From contig CP158636.1 in the NCBI GenBank assembly GCA_050273025.1, positions 3,410,001 through 3,474,000 of the forward strand: DNA of 64,000 nt, in the 5' to 3' direction. Positions 52,201-64,000 of this stretch are shown here, piece by piece. This stretch comes from Cenococcum geophilum. Taxonomy: Eukaryota. Position numbers and translations under genes: made by a program. How positions within the stretch are numbered: position 1 is the stretch's first letter; every line of letters starts with the position of its first letter. The notes beneath the pieces were generated by a model that saw nothing but the letters and a program-made list of their open reading frames with translations, was not told the DNA's origin and did not search any database.

Positions 52201-54162
52201 CTAACGGACTACTTATAACCGCCTATAAACTTTAAAGATAACATTAACGCGCTATTTAACCTCTACGCACTCCTTCTCTAAAATGGCCTTACGCTAGTAA
52301 CCTATAGGAACTATTTCTTAGTAGTTAACAGCTAGGAGTTATACTACGCACTTAAAGGAGTCTCCCCTTACCTAGCTAAGCCGCGTAAACTAGGTAAATA
52401 GATTGCCTACTATACGTTTAGTACCTCCTAGCTATAAATAGGTAGGCTTAAAGCCAAAACCTTACGAGCCTATATCTTCGTAATTTGCTTACACTACGTA
52501 GATTATGGTATCTTAATTATAGTATTTAAGGATCCTATAGTACACCAATTACTTACTAAAGCAGCCGCTATCTCTCCCTTAGTAAAAAAGGATAAATAAC
52601 CTATTACTAGGGATATTCTAGCCTAGGTAGTAATACATAGCCTATTGCTACTGGATATTAACACTAATACCGTATTCACCCTTGTATTTACTAGATTTCT
52701 ATAGATAGGTAAAATTATATATACTATAGCGGAGCTTAAAAACCGAATAACCTTCTTAGTAAAAAAGGTTACTTAATATAATATTACCTTTACGCCTAGT
52801 AGAATAATATTCCGCCTTAAATAGAGTAAAGCCGATAAGTAATACTAAGGCATTAACGTCGCTATTGCGGTAGTAGGCGGCCTATTATACCTAGTTGCTA
52901 CTATAATAAAGCTATTTAATAGGGACCCTTAACTCCTTAACTCTTTCTTATTTAGTCTTAATAGTAAACCCTTTACCTCTTTAGGGGTTCGTAAGATTCT
53001 TTCCTCCCATCTAATAGCTGCTAGGATTAACCTAAGTAGTTACTTAAACTACTCCTTCCGCTAGGGCGCTGCCTAGTTTACTAAAGATTTAGGGTATTTA
53101 TATTAGCAAATTTAGCAGCTAGGTTAGTAGTTATTAAAAGCCTTTCGCCTATATATTAGGACTAAGACTACTAACCTTTATCGCCTTAACTCTTACTTTT
53201 AGTATAGTATACCGCTCTTAGCGTAAGGATTATTATATAGTAGGTTAAGATATTAAGAGGGCCGCTAAGGCGCTAGTGGTAAGCGAGCTAATAGCGATTT
53301 TCTATACCGGGCATAGAAAATCCTAATTAGTTGGCTTATAACTTAGGGTTAGTAGAATATAATAGAATACGATAATATAGCAGAACTTAGCAGAATGCGA
53401 TAATGTGGCAGAATTTAGCAGAATGTAATAATGTGGCAGAATTTAGCAGAATGCGACAATATAGCAGAATTTAGTAGAATGCGACAATATGGCAGAATTT
53501 GGCAGAATGCGATAAGGTGGTAGAATTTGGCAGAATATAGCAGAATGCGGTAATGTCTTATTAGGCGTAGGAGCTTTACTTAGGGATATCTAGCCGCTTT
53601 AGGGCAAATCCTTAGCAGATTTAAGTGCTAGGAACTAGCAAAACTATTAAGAACTAGCCCTAGAGCGACCTTATAGCCCTACGCCTCCTAATTATATAAA
53701 AATTAAAATATCCCCTTATATAACTGTAATAGATAGATACTAGCGTCTATATATTACTTAGCAGTATTTACCTTAGCAACGCATAATACTAAAACCTCCC
53801 GTAATATTCGCGAATATTAAACGCAGTTACTATATGGCTAATTCGCTTTCCCTACCTACTATCCCTTACACTTAGTATACATTATATATAAATAGCGCTT
53901 TAAGGTAATTCTTTAGTAGGTGCTAGGAACTAGCAAAACCACTAAGAGCCAGCCTTAATGCGACCACTATAGTTAGATAGTCTTGCAGCTATAGGCTTGC
54001 GGTTAGGGACATCTGGCCGCTTTAGGGCAAATCCTTAATAGATTTAAGTGCTAGGAACTAGCAAAACTGCTAAGAACTAGCCCTAGAGCGACCTTATAGC
54101 CCTGCGCCTCCCAATTATACAAAAATTAAAATATCCCCTTACGTGACTGCGATAGATAGATT
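49265..54162 (+). mobile_element. Ngaro-type tyrosine-recombinase retrotransposon, copy B, full length, RIP-degenerate
   Basis: RT YRRI(HD)LS, LKRDIKDAF, YL(DD)F at ~51217; RNase H LFT(D)AS; YR HSFR(Q)GAA..QLG(RW)..AFRLY at ~53050-53155; repeats A1 49268-49378, B1 ~53580-53739, A2 53740-53850, B2 ~54003-54160. Confidence 0.95.
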
Positions 54163-55489
54163 AAGCGACTTAACTCTAAAGAATAAACTTATATATTAAT
54201 TTTGTATAAGAATTAAGTAATATTACTAACTTCGTATTCCTGAGCACGGGTCTTAATTCTATTGATTTAATTAGCTGGCCCTTATCAATAACCGTAGGAC
54301 CCGAATTAACGGGTTAAGGGATAGTAAATCTTAGAATATAATTAGAGTTAATCTATTAGGCAACTACTCCACTAGTTATTATTACGTTATTGACTTCTTG
54401 TTTACTTATATACCTAGCCTATTAATAAGTTTACCGTAGTTCCTGCTATAAGGCTTCGTTACACCTTTCCTTATACTAGAGGCTAGAATACTAGTGTAAG
54501 TGCGAGCTAATACTAAAACACTAAGAATTAGTATATAAATTAGGTTCTTAATATAAAAAAAAAGCTTTACTAACTTTTAAGTCTGAATAATAGCAGATGT
54601 TAAAATCTCTGGTTTTTTGGCGTGTTTTTTTTCGGAGATTCGGGCGCCAATGATTCCATGTGTTTATGCATACGCCAAAGGTATCACTTCTGACACCGTG
54701 CGAAGGTTGGGCGCCGACGTCGCCGCCCTAGGACTGCAAATGTAGGAAATTGGGCAGCCAGAATCCACTAGACATGACGATACCAAACGCAGCAACAGTT
54801 TCTAGATAAGCAAACGCAAGAAGGATCCCAGCATTTCTTCTTTCGTAGTTAATACTAGAATTGATGTTCAAGGTGGACTTCTCCCCTGCTTCACTTTCTT
54901 TTTGGGCTATCACCCTCTTTGCACTTTAGCTGCCCAAGGGCTCAACCTTTACCTTTGGATCACGATGAATCTTCGCAATCTAATTCTCGAATCTTTAGAC
55001 CCCAGCATAAACATTATTAGCCCATGCTTCTGTAGACTTAGCCTAAATCTTAGCTTAAAGTGCACGAATCAAGACCGCTTGGACGGTTCCCGGCTGGGGC
55101 AAACAACGACCGAACCACTCATAAAATTGTTGATTGTAAGGTGAATTAGTTCACGTATGGATGCTGCAAATTATCAGAGACAAATTTGATAACCCTATCA
55201 GCGTTTGTATTCCCCGTTTAGCACTTCCATTTCCTAGAAGAAAGGATGGTTAATACCCTCAACCTCAAGCTAAATCAATGGGCCACTAGAATCACAGCTA
55301 TTTGGACCGGAAGATTATCCGTCCAGACCAAGCGAAACCGTTCCGTGCCTTTATACCGGGGAAATTTTTACAACCATCATCTGTAAATGGCGGCTACTCA
55401 ATGGGAACAGCCGTTCTGCATCCTGAACGCCTAGGTATGAACGGGCGGATGATAGAGAAATGCATGGTGGGTATTTCCGGATAGCCTGG

Positions 55490-56656
55490 TTAGGCGTGAC
55501 GGTTCTTCAACCAATGCATCAGTTTTCCAATAGCTCCCTTATCCAGTTCTTGGTCGCAACTCCTGGTCCCAACATGCTGAAACAGAGCACTTAAATGAGG
55601 GAAACCTATGTCGCAGTCAGGGCATTTGAAGGGATGGGGTGTGCAGCTACAACTGTTGTCGTGTTCGCGGGACAACAAGCATATTCGATATTGGTCGTAA
55701 ATGAAATGCGACCATTGGTAACACATCGCGGCTGACTTGTTCAAGTCTTTGGCATTGATTCCGGAGGGACACGAGCCGCGCTCGAGGTGGATGATCATTC
55801 CGGAGAAGGTACTAAACATCCGTTCGCAGCCCCAGCATTCAATATCGGCGGGTAGGTGGACCATCATGTGCTATGAGAAAATTAGCACAGCTAAATATAA
55901 TGGATGAGGAATTTAGTGACCTACATGTGCGAGGTTGTTCTCATTCTGTTGGTGACAATGACACTCTGGACATACGTGATGTTCACGGCAATGCTCTGTC
56001 CAATGTTCCGACTGGACCCCGAGAAGACATCCTTCGCATACTATTCGATGTCGGGTAGCTCTCCAGTGTTCTAGTAATGCTGCCCGGCTTTTCTCGTGAA
56101 CATAACACTCATCGCAAGCGTTCTTCTCACGGCAATGCTTCAAGAACTTCTCGGGTGAAGTTCTGTCATGACAGCCCAGGCATAGCATTTCATGACCTGT
56201 CTCTTTCCAATGCTGTTCTAAGTCATCATTGCAGGAATGATGCTTATGGCACTTTGCACACGCGTAATTAACTAGTATATGGTTCCACCAGTACGTATCG
56301 AAACATCCGCCCAGACAACCTTCACATAGCTTCAGGTGCCTGGTCTCCCTCCAGTGATTAAGCAAAGTCTGGCGATTCGGGTAGTGTATATGGCATTTGG
56401 GGCATGCATGAGAGTCACGACAGTGTTTTACCCACTCATCATTCCCCATGCAGTCCGAATGACATGTTTTACATAGCGTAATATGACCAGTGTCTTTCCA
56501 ATGGTTGAGTATAGCTCCCCGGTGTTTGAAGTGTTTGTGACATTTTCGGCATACATGGGAGCTGCGGCAATGGTTGATAAAATTCTCCTTACTGTACGCA
56601 TTGAGACATCCTTCGCATACCGTGAAACAGCCGGAATCCCTGTAGTGGTCAAGCAA
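55490..56656 (-). CDS. C2H2-like multi zinc-finger protein; 5' end uncertain or decayed
   Basis: ORFs 55913-56656 and 55490-55867 join through a GT-AG intron at 55871-55924; repeated CxxC...H motifs; no in-frame ATG upstream of 56656 before a stop. Confidence 0.7.
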
Positions 56657-57854
56657 GTCATTCCGCCCATCGGCATCATACGTTCATGCGGCCACTCTCC
56701 AAAGTGAAGTTGTGAGTCTAACCCTACTTTCACTGTTTGTCAAGAGGTCCTTTAGTACAGCGGATACGCAGTCGACAGATGGTGAATGGCCGTCAATGGT
56801 CAAGTGAATATTTCTATATGTCGTTTTGTGTCGTCTCTTTCAACACTTCGGACAGCTCTTTCTCTATGTAAATTGCTGAAGGAGAAGCATTGAGAAAGGC
56901 TGGTGTTCAAAAGGAAGTGGATGGCCGTAGGAAAGAGGGATCATCTTGGGGAACGCGGTATCCCGTGACTAGAGGGTTCTGGGTCGCATCCCTGTGGCTG
57001 AGCGCCACTGGATTACATAGTTGACAATAGGACAAAGTTTCGTATCTCCAACATCACAAACTAAAGCAGACGGATATTATCACGGCACAATTGCCTGGTA
57101 ATGAGAAGAGCTGGCAGATGATTTACCAGAGTGTTTATTGCATGGACCTTCCTGATGCCGGGGTCGGTCGGGAGGAATAACTCCATTACGAGAGAGCTTT
57201 AACGGTAAGTGATGTTATTATGGATGATCCCGGCCCAACGGTTAGGTTCTAGTGCTTGGTAACTTATGGGTTACAGCTTTGCAAATCGTGTTCTTCCAGT
57301 GTCGTCGATAGCGAAGGGGATAAAGGCATCTTCATGTCCTATCGCCAGAGCCCTAGAGCGTAAAACAGTCAAACTGCACCTAAAGAAGGGGCAATAGTGC
57401 ATCATTCTTCCGACTACTACTTCATTCTGAACATCGGGTACTACACTGTCACCTAGAAGATTTCTAAGCGGCTAAGATCCTCCGTCGGATAGTGGTAATA
57501 TACAAAGACGGATAACTCACGATTTCTTTCTACCTCCGGAGTTTAGGAGTGATGAGAGAGTAATTACGACTCGTGCGACTTCGTCGGCGGGTATTATCGT
57601 GATATCGGATTTATCAGGGGCTTTGGCACAATGCCGACGCCCACTAGAGTGCCCCGCTGCGGAGTGAGATCTTTAATTGTCTAGATAAATAGAACAGTTC
57701 CCAAAGCCTGCTCGGCTTTTTACTGCACAACCTAGGTGACAACGTTCGAGGTGATACTCTCATCATATAGTCACAGAAGGGTCTCAATACTTCTCAAGAA
57801 AAATCTCCCATTCACCCAGCTTTAGATCGATACATCAGCAATTCACCCCGAACA

Positions 57855-59136
57855 ATGACGCGCGTTTTGCTTACCGACGGAAGTGGCTTCATCGCCGCGC
57901 ATGTGCTTGATCTCCTTAAGTATGGGTATGAACTGGCGAGCTTCGAGGATTTCTGACTTGTGTGTCCACCAACTCAATTGCTAGCCATTCCGTGGTTACA
58001 ACGGTCAGGAGCCAGGAGAAGGCGGACAAGATCAAAGAAGCCTATCCTGACCTTGGTAAAGACAAGCTAGACTTCGCCATAGTCAGAGACATTGCAAAAG
58101 AGAATGCCTTCGATAGGGCTGTGATATCTGACCCTCCACTCGAAGTAGTTCTTCATACCCGAGCCCGTTTCACTTCAGAACCACCGATATTCAGAAAGTA
58201 TGCTACATTTTGCTATGCTGGACGCTTGAATGGCTGACCGTTAGTAGGACCTCATCGATCCAGCAGTTACTGGCGCACCACCGGAATCCTCAAGGCAATC
58301 AAGAGAAGCGAACCGACTGTCAAGAGAGTAGTAAGTGATTTGAGCATCTGCTTTTGTGGGCATCTGGCTGAATAGATAAGTTATCACTTCGTCATTCGCT
58401 GCCATAATCAATTCCAACATGGACTTATGGCCAGAGCACACATACTCAGAGAAAGACTTCAATCCCATCACACAGGAGCAGGCGATGGAGAACCCAATGA
58501 ACGGTTACCGGGGTATGCGCTCCCTTTGCCATTAAGTTAGTACTCGTTTGACCACTAACTGTCTATAGGGCTGGCAAAACATTCGCAGAGAAGGTTGCAT
58601 AGGATTTCGTTAAGGGGGAGAAGGCGAATTTACTATTTCGACGATAAACCCTCCCATCGTATTCGGTCCCGCTGTATGCCACTCCTCCACTTTCTCTACC
58701 CGGACTTCCCTAACACTCCTCTAGGTCAACTGCCTCAACTCTCTCGACAATTTGAACACCTCCAATGAGCGCGTACGCGATACAGCTCTCGGTAAATTCA
58801 AGGACGAGATCCCCTATACCGGCGTTCACATTTGGATTGATGTGCGCGGCGTCGCGAGGCCCATGTTAAAGCAATGGAGATTCCAGAGGCGGCAAGCAAG
58901 CGATTCTTCGTCACTACAGGTTATTTCTCCAACAAGGAGATCTGTGACATCACCAGAAAGAACTTCCCACAATACAAAGACCTTCCCGGCGAATCGGCAC
59001 CAGGCGGAGATTTCCCAGAGGGTAGAATGTTCAAGGTCAATAACAAGAATCGGTGGAAGTGCTAGGATTGAAGTTCCGATCGCCCGAGGAATGTGTCATT
59101 GATACTGTCAAGTCGCTCCAGTCGGTGGGCTTGTAG
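57855..59136 (+). pseudogene. GRE2-like NADPH-dependent ketoreductase (epimerase/dehydratase family) pseudogene
   Basis: MTRVLLTDGSGFIAAHV (G>D in TGGSG), VITSSFAA, KTFAEK.A(W>TAG at 58600), TINPP, WIDVR; frameshift at HTASPF (~58160). Confidence 0.85.
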
Positions 59137-59957
59137 GCTTCGCTGGTTGAGGAAGAGTTGCTTAGTAGTTTATACTATTTATTGGAGACTAGGTTTCGCA
59201 GTAGAGGATAGACGGCATTCCAATATCACAATACAAAATATGGAGATGATTGTTTGAAAAAGTGTACCTGCATTGCCTAGACTAATAATACTCGAAGTTA
59301 CCAAAGGTAAGAATAATCAGCTCTCCTCGAGGAGTTCGTGTGTTTTGAAACCGTACAACCAATATAAGCATATTTCCTACCGAGTACACGTAGAGGGACA
59401 CGTTATACTGTTATTGGAAATCAGTCTCGGCCTTCGGAATAAATCTTAAACTGAAATGTAGGTGGAATGGTAGCATTTCAGACTGTTGAGCTTGAATATT
59501 TTAATACGTCATGGATGACTCAGAAATTATCGTTTGAAGAAGTCATCATGCAGATGAAAGCGTTGAAGGATTAGACGAAACGTACCTAGAGTAGTTGAAG
59601 CTGCGCTGGCATTGTAGGTCAGCTTGAATGGTTTTAGAAGAGAATACAGCAAGCCATTGGTGATGTGCTTGAATGAATGAACGCATTTACTTGTGCCGTG
59701 GCGGTATCAAGAACTCTAGTGAACAATTGTCGAATAGTAGAAGAGAGGAAATTTCGAACCTTCAGGAATTTCGACACTACCAACCGGAGAAACATTGAGG
59801 CCGTGAGCCCCCACCAGAAGGCTTCCACTCCACTCTGGGTCTGCCACATCTGCCTGTGCCTGTGTTTATATTCAAACAATCTACAGCGCCAACTTCTCCT
59901 ACGCCTCAAACCTCCTCGAGATCATATTTCCGGACCTTTAGACCCATATCAGTCATC

Positions 59958-60706
59958 ATGGCAGGTAAGTGTGCCCATCAGTGGCCCGTTTCAGGCCATC
60001 TTCTTCCCCGCGCATAGCTAACAACAGTCGCCCACAGACTTTGCCTCGATTGCCCGTAAGTCCTCAGCCCATCCACATTATCGCCGAGACTCTCCGGGGC
60101 TCTAGCGCCTCTGACGACTCTTCCAAGAGCCATTCCATCCTTCTGAACCTGACCTGGGAATCTAGAACAATTTGTCCAGTTCTACTACGACACCTTCGAT
60201 ACTAACAGGCAGAACCTCGCAGCACTCTACGTATGTACACAATGAACTTTCGCCACTGTTACCAGATTGTACTGTACTAACTGCGAAAGCCTGCAGCGTG
60301 ACCACTCCATGCTCACCTTCGAGAACGCTGCCAGCCAAGGAGCCACCTCAATCATTGCGAAGCTTCAAGTACGCGCCCAAGGCGCTAATATTTCCATCAG
60401 GCAGCACGGCACTAACACCGTTTGTCAGGAACTTCAGTTTTCCAAAATAAAACACCAGGTCGCGACCCTGGATGCCCAACCATCAAGTGAAGATGGCGGG
60501 ATATTGGTGTTGGTGACTGGCGCACTCCTCGTAAGCATATTCGGAGCACTGTCTCTACAATTTCCATCCCAAATTCTAACAACTTGGACTAGGTTGAAGA
60601 AGAGGGCCGACCGATGAGCTACACCCAAGCCTTCCAACTGCGCCCCGAGGCAGGCAGCTACTACGTCTTCAACGATGTGTTCCGGCTCGTGTATGCCGCC
60701 GCATAA
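59958..60706 (+). CDS. NTF2: Nuclear transport factor 2, six exons
   Basis: Spliced product [39 protein letters not shown]...HQVATLDAQPS..GGILVLVTGAL...YYVFNDVFRLVYAAA; five GT-AG introns. Confidence 0.95.
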
Positions 60707-62470
60707 ATCAGCAACAACGGAGGCCATAATATCCGTAACATTAGGGCGCTAGAGGGCACACCTGTAGGAGGACACCCGAGGAGGTGTATGGAGGGATAAC
60801 GATTTATGGAAGGAATTGAATCTGGAGGAGGATTGCATCGGCGTGTGCATTTGTCTTGCGGTCTTCGGGCTTTTTTCTGGAAGCGCGAAGGCCGTTTTGT
60901 GGTTATTTTGAGGCCCGTTAGAGGATTGATTGAATATATCCAATTTCACCGTCTTAGAGTCGCTTTAGAAATGGTTACCAATGTTCATGCACAAATGCTC
61001 CTTCTCTGGGAGTTGCAAAGTCAAGGTCGATTACCATTTAGTATGCTATTGGATGTAGCATGAATTTAGCTTGCCAAATCTCACACTTCGTGTAGATGAC
61101 TCAGGAAGTGAGCCAAGCCAAGCTAATTATGCGCGAGATCATCATGCATGCATGTTGCTCGTATCAATCGGCTCCTTCAATTTACAATAGTAAAAATAGT
61201 CCTTCCGGAATTTTGGCAGTTATTCTACATTCACTGGTCCCAGCGCAGCGAAATTTCCGGTTTCCCACTGGGTGGTTTTTCTCATTGATGAGAGATTAAT
61301 TAATTTCACATGCTCGTTGTTGATAATAACTTTAGCAGGGTGAAATGCTTTTTAAAGTTTCTGTTTGAGCTATCTGGAGGGTTTGCATGTGCCATCACAG
61401 AGCGCGAAAGAATTTATCGTACAGCGAGGATGGGCCGCCTATTAAAAGGGTGTGTTCGAATGTTTACACCTTCTACGATGACCATTTTCTCATATTATTG
61501 TTATTGAACTATTACCAAATTCTTAACTGCTTCGGAAGTTTGCTATCATTTGAAGATATTTATTCAGGTTTTTATTCAAAACTTAAGCAGGTGAGACAGC
61601 ATGGTCGATTAAGCGACCAATGGGCAGACCCTTCTTTATCGGGTTGATTATCCTCATTTTGCGTGTCCAATTCAATCAGTCCACAAGGTTATTCATCTCA
61701 ATCTGGACTCCAATCGGGCTGAGCAGTTCTAAGAACCCTAAAAAGCGCAAAATAGAGGCGTTTCACGTTTTTGATCCGTGTTGGATCCATGCATTCACTT
61801 TTATCCCTAAGCCACCCCTAAGTTATACCCAAAAGGCTTAAAAAACACCACCTATTCGTTGAATAGGGGGTTGGGAGCCCTATCCGCCATCCGTAGGCTT
61901 TTACAATCTAATAACGCTGAGGTAAGATCTGGCTCAAATCTCCGAGAGCAAATCCGCAGCATCTGACGGAGAACGTATGCGAGGCCATATTGGAGCATTG
62001 TGACTGAAGGATCTCTTTCTATAGAACTATCCAAAACCTAATGATAATGCGTCCCGATCACCTGAGAGAAGCATACCTTGGCGGTACTATTTTATATTAG
62101 CGCCAAGAGAACGGAATTAGGATACAAAAGATCTCGCATATGTGGCATTTGGTGGTCAAGTAGATTAAAATATAACAATAATCACAGCAGGGTGTTTTCA
62201 TCTGTTTCGCACTTGTCATGCTTTAGAGCTAAGGCGTGTAGTGCACTATTCTATATGGGCCTAGAACATGAAACTGCGTCAATTCTGGTCACACGTCAGC
62301 GTTGCTCTTGGCTTCAGCTTGATGCATTGCAGCCGCATGAAACCATATAAAAAGTCAAACAACAATCCGGCTGTTTTTCCAAAGCTATCATACAAGTGCC
62401 ATCATTCCACCTTCCTAGATACGTCGTTCTTGTATTGCACAATATTGGAAACCCGAAGGAGCACGTTGTC

Positions 62471-63315
62471 ATGGCTTCTTTCAAACTTCACACTACTCCG
62501 CTATCCTTCAACAGCCTTCGCCCTGAGCTAGTCCTCGCGGAGAAGGGTATCACAGACTACGAAGTTGTAGCCGCCGATTTAGCCACGGGTTCCCACAAGG
62601 TCTCACCTCCCCCCTGCCCTCCGCAAATTCAGCCCTACAAGCCCGCGCTAACAATGGAGCAGACTCCCGAATTTATGCAGAAGTCGCCATTCGGACAAGT
62701 CCCCCTCCTCGAACTAGACGACACGCCACTCATCGAATCCCGCGCGATTGCCCGAGTCCTGGCCACCAAATACAGCGACGTCCAGCCGTCCCTGATCCCC
62801 GACTACGCGAGCGACCCCAAAGCATTCGCGCTTTTCGAGCAGGCGCTCTCGGTCGAGACGATGAAAGTAGACCCCTACGCCGGGCCACTGATCTACCACA
62901 AGCTCATTGCGCCGTAAGCTGCCACCGTCACACCCATGCCAGCATTGCCAATCTCCCGCTTCGCCCTTTTTACTGACAGACCGAAAGCGCCACAGGCAAC
63001 ACCCCCGACGAGGTGGTGATTGCGCGCTGTTTGGCCAAGCTGAATGCGCACCTGAACATCATTGACGGGATCCTTGCGAAGCACAAGTTTATGGCTGGGG
63101 ACGTGTACACGTTGGCAGACATCAACTTCATGCCGACGATGCACGTGTTGTTCCCGATTGGAGAAGGGGAGATGATCACTTCGCGCCCCAATCTGGCGCG
63201 CTGGTGGGCCGAGGTGTCAGGCCGCGAGGCGTGGAAGAAGACGGTGGCGCCGATGGACCAGATGTATGCGCAGATTCAGGCGCAGATGAGCCAGAATGGC
63301 GGTACGATGAATTGA
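62471..63315 (+). CDS. Glutathione S-transferase (phi-like), two introns
   Basis: SPFGQVP, LIESRAIARVLA, FMAGDVYTLADI, RPNLARWW; introns at ~62600-62662 and ~62914-62979. Confidence 0.9.
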
Positions 63316-63461
63316 GCGAGGAAACTGAGGCTGTGGGGTGAAGGTCTAGCCTTTCGGTGTGCGATGCGCCAATACAAGGTTGCAAACACGCGACAGTGGA
63401 TGATACTCTATTAGCAATCATCTCCTAAGCTGTTCTCTAGCTGGCGAACCCCCGGGGATAA

Positions 63462-64000
63462 TCATGACAAGCCCGGTCTAGGTTCTTTCGTCGTGCATCG
63501 TGTATTTCCGTTAAGGTCTGCTCTCGATTTTTCGTGCTCAAGTGTATCCCTGGCCCTCAGGAGGTCTCCGGGCTCTAAGATCTGCGCATGCTGTGAGGGT
63601 GCTGTGGCTTTCTTGCCTCTTAAGTTTGCGCGTAGCCGATGCGTGTGCTCGAAGAGGATGTCGGTTCTATGCTCGTCTAGCGTGTGCATGATTATAACGA
63701 AACTTTCGTCCGTCTGGAAGGAGACGTGACAATGGACGGTAAAGTGAGGTGAGATATGTAGGTTAAGATAGCGGTCGGTTTGACCGCTTGGAGAATATTT
63801 GCTTGGTCGATCTCCCAGTGAGGCTTATGAAATTCCAGCGTATCGGCTGAGAGATATTTTCTATAAACTTTAGTGTAGGTTGGTCCTTCTCTTGCGTGTC
63901 TATCGGTGTGCGGCTCGGGCTTTTCGGGGTATACGTCCGCAACTGGACACTTAGAGGGCCATTGAAACTCTTTGGGTTTTGAAGGGTTGTATGAGTGTCC
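63462..64000 (-). CDS. 3' end of a conserved fungal hypothetical gene (DUF8035-like), running off the window
   Basis: PTYTKVYRKYLSADTL....WEID, a putative GC-AG intron, then FVIIMHTLDEHRTDILFEHTHRLR. Confidence 0.5.

Noticed and set aside
1..54600. Starship element
   Set aside because: Cargo types fit, but no DUF3435 captain or Starship boundary was recognised; the YR domains present belong to Ngaro retrotransposons.
60749..62400. Short ORFs between NTF2 and GST
   Set aside because: No recognisable domains or exon structure; probably intergenic.

Overview
Filamentous ascomycete genomic DNA. Positions 1 to ~54,600 are an AT-rich, TpA-rich block bearing the signature of repeat-induced point mutation (RIP). 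It contains nested mobile elements (Copia, chromoviral Gypsy, two Ngaro-type tyrosine-recombinase retrotransposons, hAT-type and other TIR elements, minisatellites) and RIP-destroyed immunity-type genes: a NACHT NTPase, a CHAT caspase-like protease, a PNP_UDP-NACHT-ankyrin NLR, a TPR remnant and a FunK1 kinase. From ~54,600 to 64,000 the DNA is ordinary gene space: a zinc-finger gene, a decayed GRE2-like reductase, NTF2, a GST and a partial gene at the window edge. The main finding is the 3.2-kb 68-bp tandem repeat at 38,674-41,920. Each unit reads as a 65-nt spliceosomal intron (GTAAGT...GCTAAC...TGTAG) plus a hypervariable 3-nt exon, giving 48 codon-sized micro-exons behind a short leader. 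It lies just inside one copy of a ~50-bp inverted-repeat family whose other copies bracket the NLR and CHAT genes as cassettes. All calls were made by eye; protein assignments in the RIP block rely on mentally reversing C>T and G>A changes.
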